A DNA stretch of 64,000 bases. Source: the human T2T-CHM13v2.0 reference genome, Homo sapiens. The notes beneath the pieces were generated by a model. That model did not search any database. It saw only the letters and a program-made list of their open reading frames with translations, and was not told the origin of the DNA. Below are positions 26,238 through 42,449 of this stretch, in pieces (position 1 is the first letter of the stretch; each line of letters opens with the position of its first letter). The translations under genes were made by a program, and so were the position numbers. The DNA lies in the NCBI RefSeq assembly GCF_009914755.1, contig NC_060933.1; one strand, given 5' to 3'.

Positions 26238-26483
26238 TTTTTTTTTTTCCATAGCTTTAGGGGTATAAGTGGTTCTTGGTTCCATGGATAAATTGTACAA
26301 TGTTGAAATCCGGGCTTTTAGTATACCTGTCACCCAAAGAGTGTACATTGTACCCAAGAGGTGATTTTTTTATCCCTTGCCCACCTCGTATCCTCCCCTA
26401 TTCTGAGTGTCCAATGTCCATTATACCATTCTGTATGCCTTTGCATGCCCATAGCTTAGCTCCCACTTAGAAGTGAGAACATC
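26238..26483 (-). mobile_element. L1PB/L1MA 3' end inserted into an L2
   Basis: T tail, then atagctttaggggtataagtgg...agctcccacttagaagtgagaacat; TSD-like cacgtgtgt / cacatgtgt. Confidence 0.8.
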
Positions 26484-27339
26484 ACATGTGTCTTGACTCA
26501 TCCTCTTCTATCCAGCCCCTACCATGGCCACAGTGGGTGGAGCTCAGGCCTCCCCATGTATCCCAGGGATTATACCCTGGCCTCCTCACAGCCCTCCTTT
26601 CCTACTGGTCCCTCTTCCACCAGCACCTGTTGCACATTGTGGCCTCAGAACTTTCTATTAATAGAAGGCACAAATGACCAAGACATGGCCCTGCTTAACA
26701 ACCTCTGATGGCTTCATGCTGCCATAGCCATGCTTCCAGCTGCATCACTTCACATTTTCACATTGAAAATGGCAGCATTTGTCCAGCACACTGGAGAAAA
26801 CAGTTGAGCTCCTCACTGCTACAAGTAGCCAACCCTGAAGGTCCCATTGGTCAACCCCATGCTGGAGGGGTGTGGAATCTCAGCACCGTGACAAGCCATT
26901 CACAACTTACTAACTGGTAAGCATAGACCTACAGCCATGGATCCTAAACATGTGTGACCACAAAAATTGTCAGGGACTTTTTTGAAAATACAGATCTCTT
27001 AGGCCTCCCCTAGCCACCACTCCTCTGCCACTCACCCTCTAGTTCAGAGTCTCATAAAGACAGGCTCCTTTCCTTAAGAGCACGTATCTCATTGGTAATT
27101 ACACACTCAAATGTATCAGCATTTACATGCATTCTACCTCACTTATTAAGCCATAAGCTCCAATAGCCCCACTGTATCGACAATCGTCCTAGCCCAGATC
27201 AAATGCTGCTTCTTTCAGGAAGCCTTCAGGGATCTCTACATTCCGGTACCCCAGACTTATCACCTTCATCAGGCATATGTGATGAACACTGAGCATATGT
27301 GGCAATGTCTGGCATATAGTGTATGCTCAAAAAATATCT

Positions 27340-27570
27340 TGGATGGATGGATGCATGGATGGATGGAAGGAAGGAAGGAAAATGGAGAGAAGGATGAATG
27401 AACTGATGGATGGATGGATGGATGGATGGAAAATGGAGGAAAGGATGAATGAACAGATGGATGAATGGAGGCATGGATGCATGGATTCATGTATGGATGG
27501 ATAGATGGGTGGATGGATGGACAATTAGATGTTTCACTGAATAAATAGAAGATTAGATGAAGGATGGATG
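27340..27570. repeat. Degenerate (GGAT)n/(GGAA)n simple repeat grown from an L2 tail
   Basis: Follows tctggcatatagtgtatgctcaaaaaatatct. Confidence 0.9.
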
Positions 27571-28152
27571 CTAGATGAATCTTGGCCCTGCTGACCTCTC
27601 CAGATTTATCTCCCACTATTTCCACCAGACATGCTAAAAGCTCACAAAATTGAAAAATGTCATGGCTGTGTTCCTACATGACTTTGTCCTTTTAAAAAAG
27701 GAGCTGTTTTGCCATTTGAACAGGGGTTTCTGCTCAAAGGAAACACAAGCTTCTGGAGAGAACAGAAAAAGGTGTGTCAGAAAAGCCATTTCCCTAAGAG
27801 GCAGCACTGATGCCAAGAATAGCAGCTGTGTAGGCTTACACACTCTCCCTCAGCTGCCTGGGGAAACGGCATCAACACCCAGGGAGAAGGTCAACGATAG
27901 CTCTATTATTAAGCACGTTTCATCATCAGACATGGGACGCCAAGCCGAGAGAAGGGTTGTCAGTCTACTCCAATAACTCTGGCTGGACCTGGCAAAGGCT
28001 CAAGGAGAGCTATGTGGAACCCAGGATAACAGCAGTAACAATAGCTACATTCCTGCTGAGCATTCGCTACGTGGGAGGCACCTTGCTGAGAACTTTATGC
28101 AGGGTATCTCCTTTAATCCTCACCAAATCTAGGCTGTAGGAGCCACACCCTC

Positions 28153-28478
<326 letters not shown>

Positions 28479-29134
28479 TAAAGTGAGCATGATGCTATTG
28501 CCTGTTTCATGGAGTTATGAGGATAAAATGAATCAATATAAGACATTTAAACGCTTAAAACACAGTCTATGCACATAGAAGCATTCATTAGTTGTTAGCT
28601 ACTATCATTATTATTAACTCCATTTAACAAATGAAGAAACTGAGGCTCAGATAAGTTGCATAGTAACCAAGCAGCAAAGTTAGGATCTAAACCCGTCTCT
28701 GTTTAGTCAAAGCCCGCATTTCTAACCATCAGGCATTGCCTAGCTCCAATGCCCTGGATATGTGATTTCACCTCAGGTGAAATCACATCTCTGCACCACC
28801 AAAATGCTGAATCTTGTTCCTCTAGGTTCAGCTCTTCCATTCAGTAAATATTCTCAGAATGATTGTGGCATACCAGCATCAGAAGGATGCGTAAATGGAT
28901 CAGACGCAGTCTCCACCTTCAGACTGCTACTGCCTATGGTAGAAAGACCTGCATATAAGTATTAAGGTACAAAGTAGAAAGGGAGTTGCTTTGATTGGGT
29001 ACCTGCCATGTGCTGGGCCAAGATCTTCCTCATTTCCATCTAACTCTGTGAGGCAGTGTTATCACCCCCATTTTATAGATGTGGGAACTGCTGCCCAGAG
29101 AGGTTAAATTGCCTTCTCAAGGTTGCATAGTAAG

Positions 29135-29584
29135 GGTTTCCATTCCTGAGTTACTTCACTTAGAATAATAGTCTCTAATCTCATCTGAGTCATTGGAAAT
29201 GCTGTTAATTCATTCCTTTTTATGGCTAAGTAGTATTCCATTGTATCTACATACCAGAGTTTCTTTATCCACTCATTGATTGATGGGCTGGGTTGGTTCC
29301 ACAATTTTGCTATTGTGAATTGTGCTGCTATAAATATGCGTGTGCTGATATATGGAAGCTAAGCTATGAGGACACAAAGGCATAAGAATGATACAATGGA
29401 CTTTGGGGACTTGGGTGGAAGAGTGCAAGGAGGCAAAGGATAAAAGACAACAAATATGGTGCAGTATATACTATTCAGGTGATGGGTGCACCAGGTTCTC
29501 ACGAATCTCCACTAAAGAATTTTCTTATCTAACCAATAGCACCTGTACCCCAATAACTTATGGAAAAATAAAACTTTTTTTAAA
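29135..29584 (+). mobile_element. L1PB1-like 3' end with 5' inversion, inserted into a MIR
   Basis: 29135-29344 antisense, 29345-29584 sense 3'UTR; 16-bp TSD aaggttgcatagt(a/g)ag at 29119-29134 and 29585-29600. Confidence 0.9.
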
Positions 29585-29649
29585 AAGGTTGCATAGTGAG
29601 AAATAAATCTGGTGGGGTTTTTTTTGGTTTTTTGTTTGTTTGTTTTCTG

Positions 29650-29926
29650 ATTTCAAACTTTATTTCAAAACTATGATGATCAACGTGTATGATACTGGCA
29701 TAAAAACAGACACATAGACAAATGGAACAGAACTGAGAGCGCAGAAATAAAACCACATCTATGTGATCAATTAATATTTGAAAAGGTGCCAAGAATATAC
29801 ACTGAGGAAAGGACAGTATCTTCAATAAACAGTGTTGGGGAAACTGCATATACATATGCAAAAGAATGAAACTGGTCCCCCACACCACACATACAAATCC
29901 ACTGGAAATGAATTAAAGACCTGAAT
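29650..29926 (+). mobile_element. Internal L1M ORF2 fragment
   Basis: gatactggcataaaaacagacacatagacaaatggaacaga...cttcaataaacagtgttggggaaactg. Confidence 0.85.
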
Positions 29927-30129
29927 GGAGGAAGCAATTTGGAATAAGGTCTGTCTGATTCTGATGCATTCAGATCACTCTGCACTAAAGGGTGACTCAC
30001 ACTAGCATGGATGAGGGGAGCTGTGCTGGGATGTTTGGATCCCAGTGACTCTGCAATTTAGGAATTGCAGAACCTTAGCCTGAGAGAAACTACAAGGGGA
30101 GGGCTCAGATGGTAATGACAATAACTAAA

Positions 30130-31640
30130 ATTGTCAATTTTCTAGACACATAACTTATCAAAGTAGACTTAAAAAGACATTTAGAACCTGAAGAGATGTC
30201 TAACCATTAAAGAAACTGCAGAAACCGAATCCGTAATTGAATGTCTACCTACCAAAAAGCATGGGCGTGCACACACACACACACGCACACACAAGTACCA
30301 GTTAAACTGCAGAAATCTAATATTTATTATATCATATTTATTATATTTATATTACATATATATAAAAATCAGAATAAGATGGATTATATCAATGTTGATA
30401 TAGCCTGGTTGCAATCTTACACCATTATTTAACAAAATGCTGCCATTGGGGGAAACTGGACAATGATCTCTCTGTGTTATTTCTTATAACTTCATATGAA
30501 TCAACAGTTATGCCAGGAAATTTTTCAACTAGAAAAATTTCAACAAAACAAGTCAATAAGAAAAGAAAATTCCAATAGAAAGGTGGGCAAAGTATAGGAA
30601 CAGGCAATTCCTGGACGAGAAAACAGAAATTGCCAATAAACACACATAGAGACAATCAAATTGAAACAGTGAGGTATCATCTCACACCAAGTTTGCCAAT
30701 TTGTTTTTACAAATCTGATAACATGAAGTATTAGCAAGGACCTAAGGAAAAAGGTGTTTGTTCACTGCTGTTGAGAATATAAATTTTTACAAGCACTAGG
30801 GAGAGAAATTTGGCACTATCTAGTAAGCTGCAGATGTGCAAATTCTTCTCTCATCAACTCTGCTCCTAGTTTTCTACCTTAGAAATATATATATGGTACA
30901 TGGTTCTACATATGCTATAGTAATGTATTTCTACAGTAGAAAACTATATACATAATATATACACATACACAGAGACAGCAACTCTGCTTCTAGTTATCTA
31001 CCTTAGAAACATATTAATACAACATATATAATGTATTATATATATACACACACATACACAGAGATATGTACAAAGAGGTTTATTGCAGCACTCTTTATAT
31101 AGCAGAATAACCCAACTTCAATAGCAGACTAAATAAATAATGATTTGTTAGTACAATGAAATGCAATGTAGAAGTTAAAGTAGCTGATCTTTATACATCG
31201 ACAGAGATAAACTCAACAACAAAATGTTAAATGGAAAACAGTTGCAAAATAATATATTTTAATAATATTTATTTCAAAAAAATAGACCTAACACATATAC
31301 TATATGTTGCTAATGGAAACATATATATGTAATAAAAGTTTGAATATATATATGAAAATGTGTATGGAAATGATACACATTAGGGGAATGGATGCTTCTG
31401 GCAATAAACTGAGAAAAAGGACCAAGATGAACCTGACATATTGCTGTGATATTGTACTTCTTTAAAAGAGATTTGAAGCAAATATGGTAAAACGTATTAT
31501 ATGTGTGTGTGTACATATGTATATAATTTTGAGAATATGTGATATTTATTTTTAACATTTTAAAATTATATATTTATATATACTATACGTATATATAATA
31601 TTTTAAAATTATATATGCATAATTTTGGGAATATATATGT
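30130..31640 (+). mobile_element. Fragmented ancient L1ME/L1MD 3' regions with AT-rich low complexity
   Basis: ccaatagaaaggtgggcaaag...gaggtatcatctcacacc...tattgcagcactctttat. Confidence 0.7.
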
Positions 31641-33427
31641 GATAGCAGTTACTTCTTTTTTTTAATTATACTTTAAGTTCTAGGGTACATGTGCACAACG
31701 TGCACTTTTGTTACACAGGTATACATGTGCCATGTTGGTTTGCTGCACCCATCAACTTGTCATTTACATTAAGTATTTCTCCTAATGCTATCCCTCCCCC
31801 AGCCCCCACCCCATGACAGGCCCCGGTGTGTGATGTTCCCCACCCTCTGTCCACGCTTTCTCATTGTTCAGCTCCCACCTATGAGTGAGAACACGTGGTA
31901 TTTGGTTTTTTGTCCTTGTGATAGTTTGCTTAGAATGATGGTTTCCAGCTTCATCCATGTCCCTGCAAAGGACATGAATTCATCCTTTTTTATGGCTGCA
32001 TAGTATTCCATGGTGTATATGTGCCACATTTTCTTAGTCCAGTCTATCATTGATGGACATTTGGGTTGGTTCCAAGTCTTTGCTATTGTGAATGGTGCCG
32101 CAATAAACATATGTGTGCATGTGTCTTTATAGCAGCATGATTTATAATCCTTTGGGTATATACCCAGTAATGGGATGGCTGGGTCAAATGGTATTTCTAG
32201 TTCTAGATCCTTGAGGAATTGCCACACTGTCTTCCACAATGGTTGAACTAACTTACACTCCCACCAACAGTGTAAAAGTGTTCCTATTTCTCCACAACCT
32301 CTCCAGCATCTGTTGTTTCCTGACTTTTTAATGATCACCATTCTAACTGGTGCGAGATGGTATCTCACTGAGATTTTGATTTGCATTTCTCTGATGACCA
32401 GTCATGATGAGCATTTTTTCATGTGTCTGTTGGCCGCATAAATGTCTTTTTTTGCGAAGTATCTGTTCATACCCTTCGCCCACATTTTGATGGGGTTGTT
32501 TTTTTCTTGTAAATTTATTTAAGTTCTTTGTAGATTCTGGATATTAGCCCTCGTCAGATGGGTAGATTGCAAAAATTTTCTCCCATTCTGTAGGTTGCCT
32601 GTTCACTCTGATGGTAGTTTCTTTTGCTGTGCAGAAGCTCTTTAGTTTAATTAGATCCCGTTGTCTTTTTTGGCTTTTGTTGCCATTGCTTTTGGTGTTT
32701 TAGTCATGAAGTCTTTGCCCATGCCTATGTCCTGAATGGTATTGTCTAGGTTTTCTGCTAGGGTTTTTGTGGTGTTAGGGCTTACATTTAAGTCTTTAAT
32801 CCATCTTGAGTTAATTTTCGTATATGGTGTAAGGAAGGGATCCAGTTTCAGCTTTCTACATACGGCTAGTCAGTTTTCCCAGCACCATTTATTAAATAGG
32901 GAATCCTTTCCCCATTGCTTGTTTTTGTCAGGTTTGTCAAAGATCAGATGGTTTTAGATGTGTGGTGTTATTTCTGAGGCCTCTGTTCTGTTCCATTTGT
33001 CTATATAACTGTTTTGGTACCAGTACCATGCTGTTTTGGTTACTGTAGCCTTGTAGTATAGTTTGAAGTCAGGTAGCATGATGCCTCCAGCTTTGTTCTT
33101 TTGGCTTAGGATTGTCTTGCTATGCAGGCTCTTTTTTGGTTCCATATGAACTTTAAAGTAGTTTTTCCAATTATGTGAAGAAAGTCAGTTGTAGCTTGAT
33201 GGGGATAGTATTGAATCTATAAATTACTTTGGGCAGTATGGCCATTTTCACAATATTGATTCTTCCTATCCATGAGCATGGAATGTTCTTCCATTTGTTT
33301 GTGTCCTCTTTTATTTTGTTGAGCAGTGGTTTGTAGTTCTTCTTGAAGAGGTCCTTCACATCCCCTGTAAGTTGGATTCCTAGGTATTTTATTCTCTTTG
33401 TAGTAATTGTGAATGGAAGTTCGCTCA

Positions 33428-33946
<519 letters not shown>

Positions 33947-34618
33947 CTATACTTCTCTCTCTTGCCTGATTGCCCTAGCCAGACCTTCCAACACTATGTT
34001 GAATAGGAGTGGTGAGAGAGGGCCTCCTTGTCTTGTGCCAGTTTTCAAAAGGAATGCTTCCAGTTTTTGCCCATTCAGTATGATATTGGCTGTGGGTTTG
34101 TCATAAATAGCTCTTATTATTTTGAGATACGTTCCATCAGTACCTAGTTTATTGAGAGTTTTTAGCATGAAGTGCTGTTGAATTTTGTTGAAGGCCTTTT
34201 CTGCATCTATTGAGATAATCATGTGGTTTTTGTCATTGTTTCTGTTTATGTGATGGATTACGTTTATTGATTTGCATATGTTGAACCAGCCTTGCATCCC
34301 AGGGATGAAGCTGTCTTGATCGTGGTGGATAAGCTTTTTGATGTGCTGCTGGATTCGGTTTGCCAGTATTTTACTGAGGATTTTCACATTGATGCTCATC
34401 AGGGATACTGGCCTAAAATTCTCTTTTTTTGTTGTGTCTCTACCAGGCTTTGGTATCAGGATGATGCTCATAAAATGCGTTAGGGAGGATTCCCTCTTTT
34501 TCTATTGATTGAAATCGTTTCAGAAGGAATGGTACCAGCTCCTCTTTGTACCTCTGGTAGAATTTGACTGTTGAATCCTTCTGGTCCTGGACTTTTTTTG
34601 GTGGTAGGCTATTGATTA

Positions 34619-35034
<416 letters not shown>

Positions 35035-35756
35035 TTATTGTGGTGTTAGAGTGTTGATTTTAGATCTTCCGTGCTTTCTCTTGTGGGCATTTACTGCTAT
35101 AAATTTCCCTCTACACACACTTTAAATGTGTCGCATAGATTCTAGTACATTTATCTAGTGTCTTTATTCTCTTCTCAAAGATGTTTCAAAGAACATCTTT
35201 ACTTCTGCCTCCATTTTGTTATTTACCCAGTAGTCATTCAGGAGCAGGTTGTTCAGTTTCCATGTAGTTGTGCAGTTTTGAGTGAGTTTCTTAATCCTGA
35301 GTTCTAATTTGATTTCACTGTGGTCTGAGAGACAGTTTGTTGTGATTTCTGTTCTTTTACATTTGCTGAGGAGTGTTTTACTACCAATTATGTGGTCAAT
35401 TTTAGAATAAGTGCAATGTGGTGCTGAGAAGAATCCACATTCTGTTGATTTGGGGTGGAGAGTTCTGCAGATGACTATTGGGTCTGCTTGGTGCAGAGCT
35501 GAGTTCAAGTCCTGGATATCCTTGTTAACCTTCTGTCTCATTGATCTGTCTAATATTGACAATGGGATGTTAAAGTCTCTCATAATTATTGTGTGGGAGT
35601 CTAGGTCTCTTTGTAGGTCTCTAAGGACTTGCTTTATGAATCTGGGTGCTTCCATATTTGGTGTATATATATTCAGGATAGTTAGCTCTTCTTGAATTGA
35701 TCCCTTTACCATTATGTAGTGACCTTCTTTGTCTTTTTTTATCTTTGTTGGTTTAA

Positions 35757-36837
<1,081 letters not shown>

Positions 36838-37170
36838 AAAGTCTGTTTTATCAGAGACTAGGATTGCCATCCCTGCTTTTTTTTTTTTTTTTTTTTTTTT
36901 TTGCTTTCCATTTGCTTGGTAGGTCTCCCTCTATCCCTTTATTTTGAGCCTATGTGTGTCTTTGCATGTGAGTTGGGTCTCCTGAATACAGCACACCAAT
37001 GGGTTTTGACTCTTTCTCCAATTTGCCAGTCTGTGTCTTTTAATTGGGGCATTTAGCCCATTTACATTTAAGGTTAATATTGTTATGTTTGAATTTGATT
37101 CTGTCATTATGATGCTAGCTGGTTATTTTGCCTGTTAATTGATATAGTTTCTTCATAGCATCAATGGTCT

Positions 37171-38180
37171 TTACCATTTGGCATGTTTTTGCAGTGGCTG
37201 GTACTGGTTGTTCCTTTCCATGTTTAGTCCTTCCTTCAGGACCTTTTGTAAGGCAGGCCTGGTGGTGACAAAATCTCTCAGCATTTGCTCGTCTGTAAAG
37301 GATTTTATTTCTCCTTCACTCATGAAGCTTAGTTTGACTAGATATGAGATTCTGGATTGAAAATTCTTTTCTTTAAGAATGTTGAACATTGTCCCCCACT
37401 CTCTTCTGGCTTGTAGGGTTTCTGCTGAGAGATCCGTTGTCAGTCTGATGGGCTTCCCTTTGTGGGTAGCTAGATCTTTCTCTCTGGCTGCTCTTAACAT
37501 TTTTTTCTTCATTTCAACCTTGGTGAATCTGACAATTATGTGTCTTGGGGTTTCTTTTCTCAAGGAGTATCTTTGTGTTCTCTGTATTTCCTGAATTTGA
37601 ATGTTGGCCTGCCTTGCTTGGTTAGGGAAGTTCTCCTGTATAATATCCTGGAGAGTGTTTTCTAACTTGGTTCCATTCTCCCCATCACTTTCCAGTACAT
37701 CAAACTGTGGTCTTTTCACAAAGTCTCATATTTCTTGGAGGCTTTGTTCATTTCTTTTCACTCTTTTTTCTCTAATCTTGTCTTCTCACTTTATTTCATT
37801 AATTTATGTTCAATCACTGATATCCTTTCTTCCACTTGATCAAATTGGCTATTGAAGCTTGTGCATGCGTCACAAAGTTCTCATGCCATGGTTTTCAGCT
37901 CCATCGGGTCATTTAGGTTCTTCTCTATACTGTTTATTCTAGTTAGCCATTCGTCTAACCTTTTTTCAAGGTTTTTAGCTTCCTTGCGATGGGTTAGAAC
38001 ATGCTCCTTTAGCTCAGAGGAGTTTGTTATTACCAACCTTCTGAAGCCTACTTCTGTCGACTCGTCAAACTCATTCTCAGTCCAGTTTTGTTCCCTTTCT
38101 GGCAAGGAGCTGTGACTCTTTGGAGAAGAGGTGCTCTGTTTTTTGGAATTTTCAGCTTTTCTGCTCTGGTTTCTCCCCAT
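37171..38180 (-). pseudogene. Disrupted L1 ORF1
   Basis: MGRNQSRKAENSK... and ...LENTLQDIIQENFPN...PRHIIVRFTKVEMK...QPLQKHAKW, split by frameshifts. Confidence 0.93.
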
Positions 38181-38845
38181 CTTTGTGGTTTTATCCACCT
38201 TTGGTCTTTGATGTTGGTGACCTACAGATAGGGTTTTGGTGTGGATGTCCTTTTTGTTGATGTTGATGGTATTCCTTTCTGTTTGTTAGTTTTCCTTCTA
38301 ACAGTCAGGTCCCTCAGCTGCAGGTCTGTTGGAGTTTGCTGGAGGTCCACACCAGACCCTGTTTGCCTGAGTATCACCAGAGGAGGCTGCAGAACAGCAA
38401 ATATTGCTGCCTGATCCTTCCTCTGGAAGCTTCGTCCCAGAGGGGCACCTGCCTGTTTGAGGTGTCTGTCAGCCCCTACTGGGAGGTGTTTCCCAGTCAG
38501 GCTACACGTGGGTCAGGGACCCGCTTAAGGAGGCCATCTGTCCATTTTTGGAGCTCGAATGCCATGCTGAGAGAACCATTGCTCTCTTCAGAGCTGTCAC
38601 ACAGAGATGTTTAAGTCTGCAGAAGCTGTCTGCTGCCCTAATTCTTTATTTTTAATATTTTTGAAATGTTTCAGAATTGAAAAATAATGAGCATGAGAGA
38701 TTATAATCATGACCTAGCAACTCTACTTTTAAAAATTTAGCTGACAGATTTTTTTTGCATATATTCACAAACAAATATTTTTATTGTAGCATTGTAATAG
38801 CACAAGCCTGGAAGCAACCTAAAAATTCATTCATTGGTTACCGAT

Positions 38846-39189
38846 TGATATGATTTAGCTGTGTTCCCACCCAAATCTCATCTTGAATTCCCACGTGTTG
38901 TGGGAGGTACCCGGTGGGAGGTAATTGAATCATGGGGGCAGGTCTTTACAATACTGCTCTCATTATAGTGAATAAGTCTCATGAGATTTGATGGTTTTAT
39001 AAAGGGGAGTTTCCCTGCACAAGCTCTCTTCTCTTGTCTGCCACTATGTGAGATGTACCTTTCACCTTCCACCATGATTGTGAGGCCTCCCCAGCCACAA
39101 GGAATTGTAAGTCCAATAAACCTCTTTCTTTTGTAAATTGCCCAGTCTCAGGTATGTCTTTATCAGCAGCACGAAAACGGACTAATTCA
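38846..39189 (+). mobile_element. THE1B-type solo LTR
   Basis: tgatatgatttagctgtgttcccacccaaatctcatcttgaattccc...aataaacctctttc...acggactaattca; TSD ccgat/ctgat. Confidence 0.93.
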
Positions 39190-40014
39190 CTGATTATGCA
39201 AATTATAAAACACCCATAAAATGAAATAGTATGCAGTCATTTAAAAGAATGGCAGAACCCCAAGCATGCTGATATGGATGCCTGTAAGATTAAATATATG
39301 GGAAAAAAGCAAGGTCCATGATATTATGTATAGTATGAGCCTCTGTGTGTTTGTGTATGCACAACGTGTGTGTGTTAGAGGTAATGAAAAAATTTTTGTA
39401 CATACATAACTCATGGAACACAAGGAAGCAAGGAAGAAGATAAAGAAGAGAAACTTTAGTTTTCATTTTATGGTCTGATGTCTTAGTTGGAATTTTTTTA
39501 CTAGGTATATATACATTGTCAAGTTTTTTAAAAACTACTTTGAACAAGAGAACCAAGTTATAGTCAGATTCTAAAACAGCTTTCTATTAGCCAAACCATA
39601 TGTTACCAAATAATCCAATTTCGTACATTGTAATTGAATCTACCTTTGTTCAAGTAACATTTTACCTTCCAAGCTTAAAAAAATGGCATCCATGAAGCAG
39701 CTACTGTGTAATAGTTTCTGGATATACAAAGATGACAATCCCTGGAGGGGCAGGTAACTTAAAAGACAGTCAGACAATAACAGACAATGAGGACTACAAT
39801 GAAGGTAAACCCAGCTGGCTGTGGAAGCAGCAAGAGGGTCCCCCAAAGAAGGCTTCCTGGAGAAGGTGTCTATTAAACAGGTATTAGAAGATGAGTAGGA
39901 GTTCCCAGGTGAAGAGGGAGGCCAATGTGAAAATGCAAGAGGGTGATTCAGCGCAATGTCTGCTGGAAATTCTGAGTAGTTCAGTAGGGCTGGAATCTGA
40001 GAAGATGCTAAACA

Positions 40015-40160
40015 CTTTTATCTCTAGTATCTGATGTTCTATTTTATAGGTGAATAAACTGAGGCACACAGAGGTTAAGTAATTTGTCCATGGTCTCAAG
40101 GGCAGTGTGTGGAAGAACCAGAATTTGAACCCGCATACAGAGCCTGAACTTCTAACCAAT
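40015..40160 (-). mobile_element. MIR SINE
   Basis: aactgaggcacacagaggttaagtaatttgtcc. Confidence 0.8.
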
Positions 40161-40574
40161 CCAGCATTTGAATTGGGCCTGGGGGAGTGGTGCGAGATAA
40201 GGCTGGAGAGTAAGCCCAGGACAGATCCCAGGAGATTTTGGCAGCACTGTGGGCAATGGGAAGCTAGAAGGATTTTAAGCAGGGAAGTGACATGGTCAGA
40301 TGTAGGTCTGTCCCTAAGATTTCATGACTCAAGATCTCAGGAAATATTTGCTGAATGAATGAATGAATGAATGAATCCATTTATGGAACCTCAAAGCAGA
40401 GACAGAATCAAGGGCTAACTATTGCTGGTTTTAAGTAAAATTGTGACATTGGGAAGCTTGTTATTGGCAGACTTCTGCTTCCCTTTCAGACGCCCTCTCC
40501 TGTGAGTCCCTCCTAATCCCAGAACCTAACCCATAAGCCATCAAGTTATCCTCACTGTTCCCTTAACTATATCA

Positions 40575-40878
<304 letters not shown>

Positions 40879-41209
40879 TCAACAAGTCTCATACTGTTTC
40901 TCTGCCAAGTGTCTTTCCCCTTTAATAGGGACTTCTTAACAGAAAAGACTACGAGGCACCAGAATGATGTTGTTTCAGACATTGTGTCAAGTTAAGGGAG
41001 ATTTCAGGACATTTGCTTAAAGAACAAGACAAGCCTATCCTGGCTGGCTGGTCCATGAATTTGACTCAAGATGGTATTTCTTATACATGAGTTAAAAGAA
41101 GTACAATGAAAACAGTAAATAATAATATTGATGAAAATCAGATGTGACAGGATGAGAGGACACTTATCTCAGAGCCACTTGGTTGGTATAAAATCCCAAC
41201 TCTACCATT

Positions 41210-41725
41210 GTATCAGTCAGCTTCTCTGGAAGCAATGCTGCATAACAAATAACCCCACTATCTCAGAGGCCTAGAGTAACAAAGATTAGTCACTCCTGTC
41301 ACATGTCATCTGCAGTTTACGTGTCATCTGCAGTTCAGCTGTAGCTCTTTAACTCTGTTCCCAGCTGCATATGGACTTGAGTCCACTCCATCTCTCTTCT
41401 CTTTCTGTGACACATTCTGTGAGGCTGGAAGAATAGCCTCCACCAGGTGTGTGACATTCCCATGACAGAGGGCAGGATGTTCAGAGAAGTGATGGAAATA
41501 TATAGTGCTTCTTAAAGCATCTGCTCAGCACTGATACATTGCCCTTCCACTCAGATTTCACTGGCCAATGCAGATCATACAGCTAAGCCCAAAATCAAAG
41601 ATGTGGGGACATATACTCCGCCCACCAGAGGCAGGCAAGTTACATGATAAAGGATGTAAATCTATAATCTGGTGGGGAAAGAGATAGTGATGAATAGTTG
41701 CAAGAGTAATAAAATTGATTATAGC
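41210..41725. mobile_element. MLT1 LTR relic
   Basis: tgtatcagtcagc...atgctgcataacaaataacccc...tttcactggccaatgcag. Confidence 0.75.
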
Positions 41726-41941
41726 CACTTTCTATGTGACTATAAATAAATTATTTAACCTCTCAGAGTCTCAGTTTTCTCACCTACATAATGGAAATAA
41801 TAATTTCTCCCTTGCAAAGTCATGGTAAGAGTTAAATGAGATCATGATGATAAAAGACCCTAGTACAGCTCCTGGGATATAACTAATAGGTCCTTGTTTA
41901 TTCCATTCCCAGTGGCTGCTGTGAAACGGAGGTTTCCTAGA

Positions 41942-42270
41942 CCAGTGCTTCTTAAATTATTTTTTATGAATGATCAGTGTTTTATTTTGTTTTGTTTTTC
42001 TCATTCCCATCTCATTGCAGACCAGTGCTTTTGTAAAACACAGTAAAAATGAATTGCTAGAAAAAATGAAACAAAAATAAAAAAAACACAAATTGCTAAC
42101 CCCAAATGTTTATCATTAGAGTCAACAGATCTATCAAATTGCTAGAAAAGTTATTTTATTCCAATTTCTTTTGGGAATAAACGCTTATGCCAATTTCTGT
42201 TCTTGTCACAGACAAGTAATGAGCAGTTATAGACTGGCAGTAGTCCATCAACGCTTAAGGAGCACCATCC
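41942..42270. mobile_element. hAT-Charlie-type non-autonomous DNA element
   Basis: cagtgcttcttaaa terminus; taaaaatgaattgctagaaaaaatgaaa internal motif. Confidence 0.55.
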
Positions 42271-42449
42271 GACAGGAAGAACACTGTCTAGGAATTCCAG
42301 CTAGGGCTGCAAAGCCAAGAACAAAGAGTGACCTGACCCCTCATTCTGTAAGAGGTGCTACCATCCCACATAGGACTTAATAAAGAGAGCCAGAAGGTTC
42401 CAAGACGCACCCTCTCACCACTCTCCCACTTTACCACCTGTAACCTAGA

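Noticed and set aside
27226-27625. His/Pro/Ser-rich and Trp/Met/Asp-rich ORFs (also 55618-55827 and 62354-62611)
   Set aside because: Translations of (GGAT)n/(GGTT)n microsatellites
27650-27976. 108-aa ORF in unique DNA
   Set aside because: Non-ATG start, no homology recognised, no convincing splice boundaries; more likely non-coding
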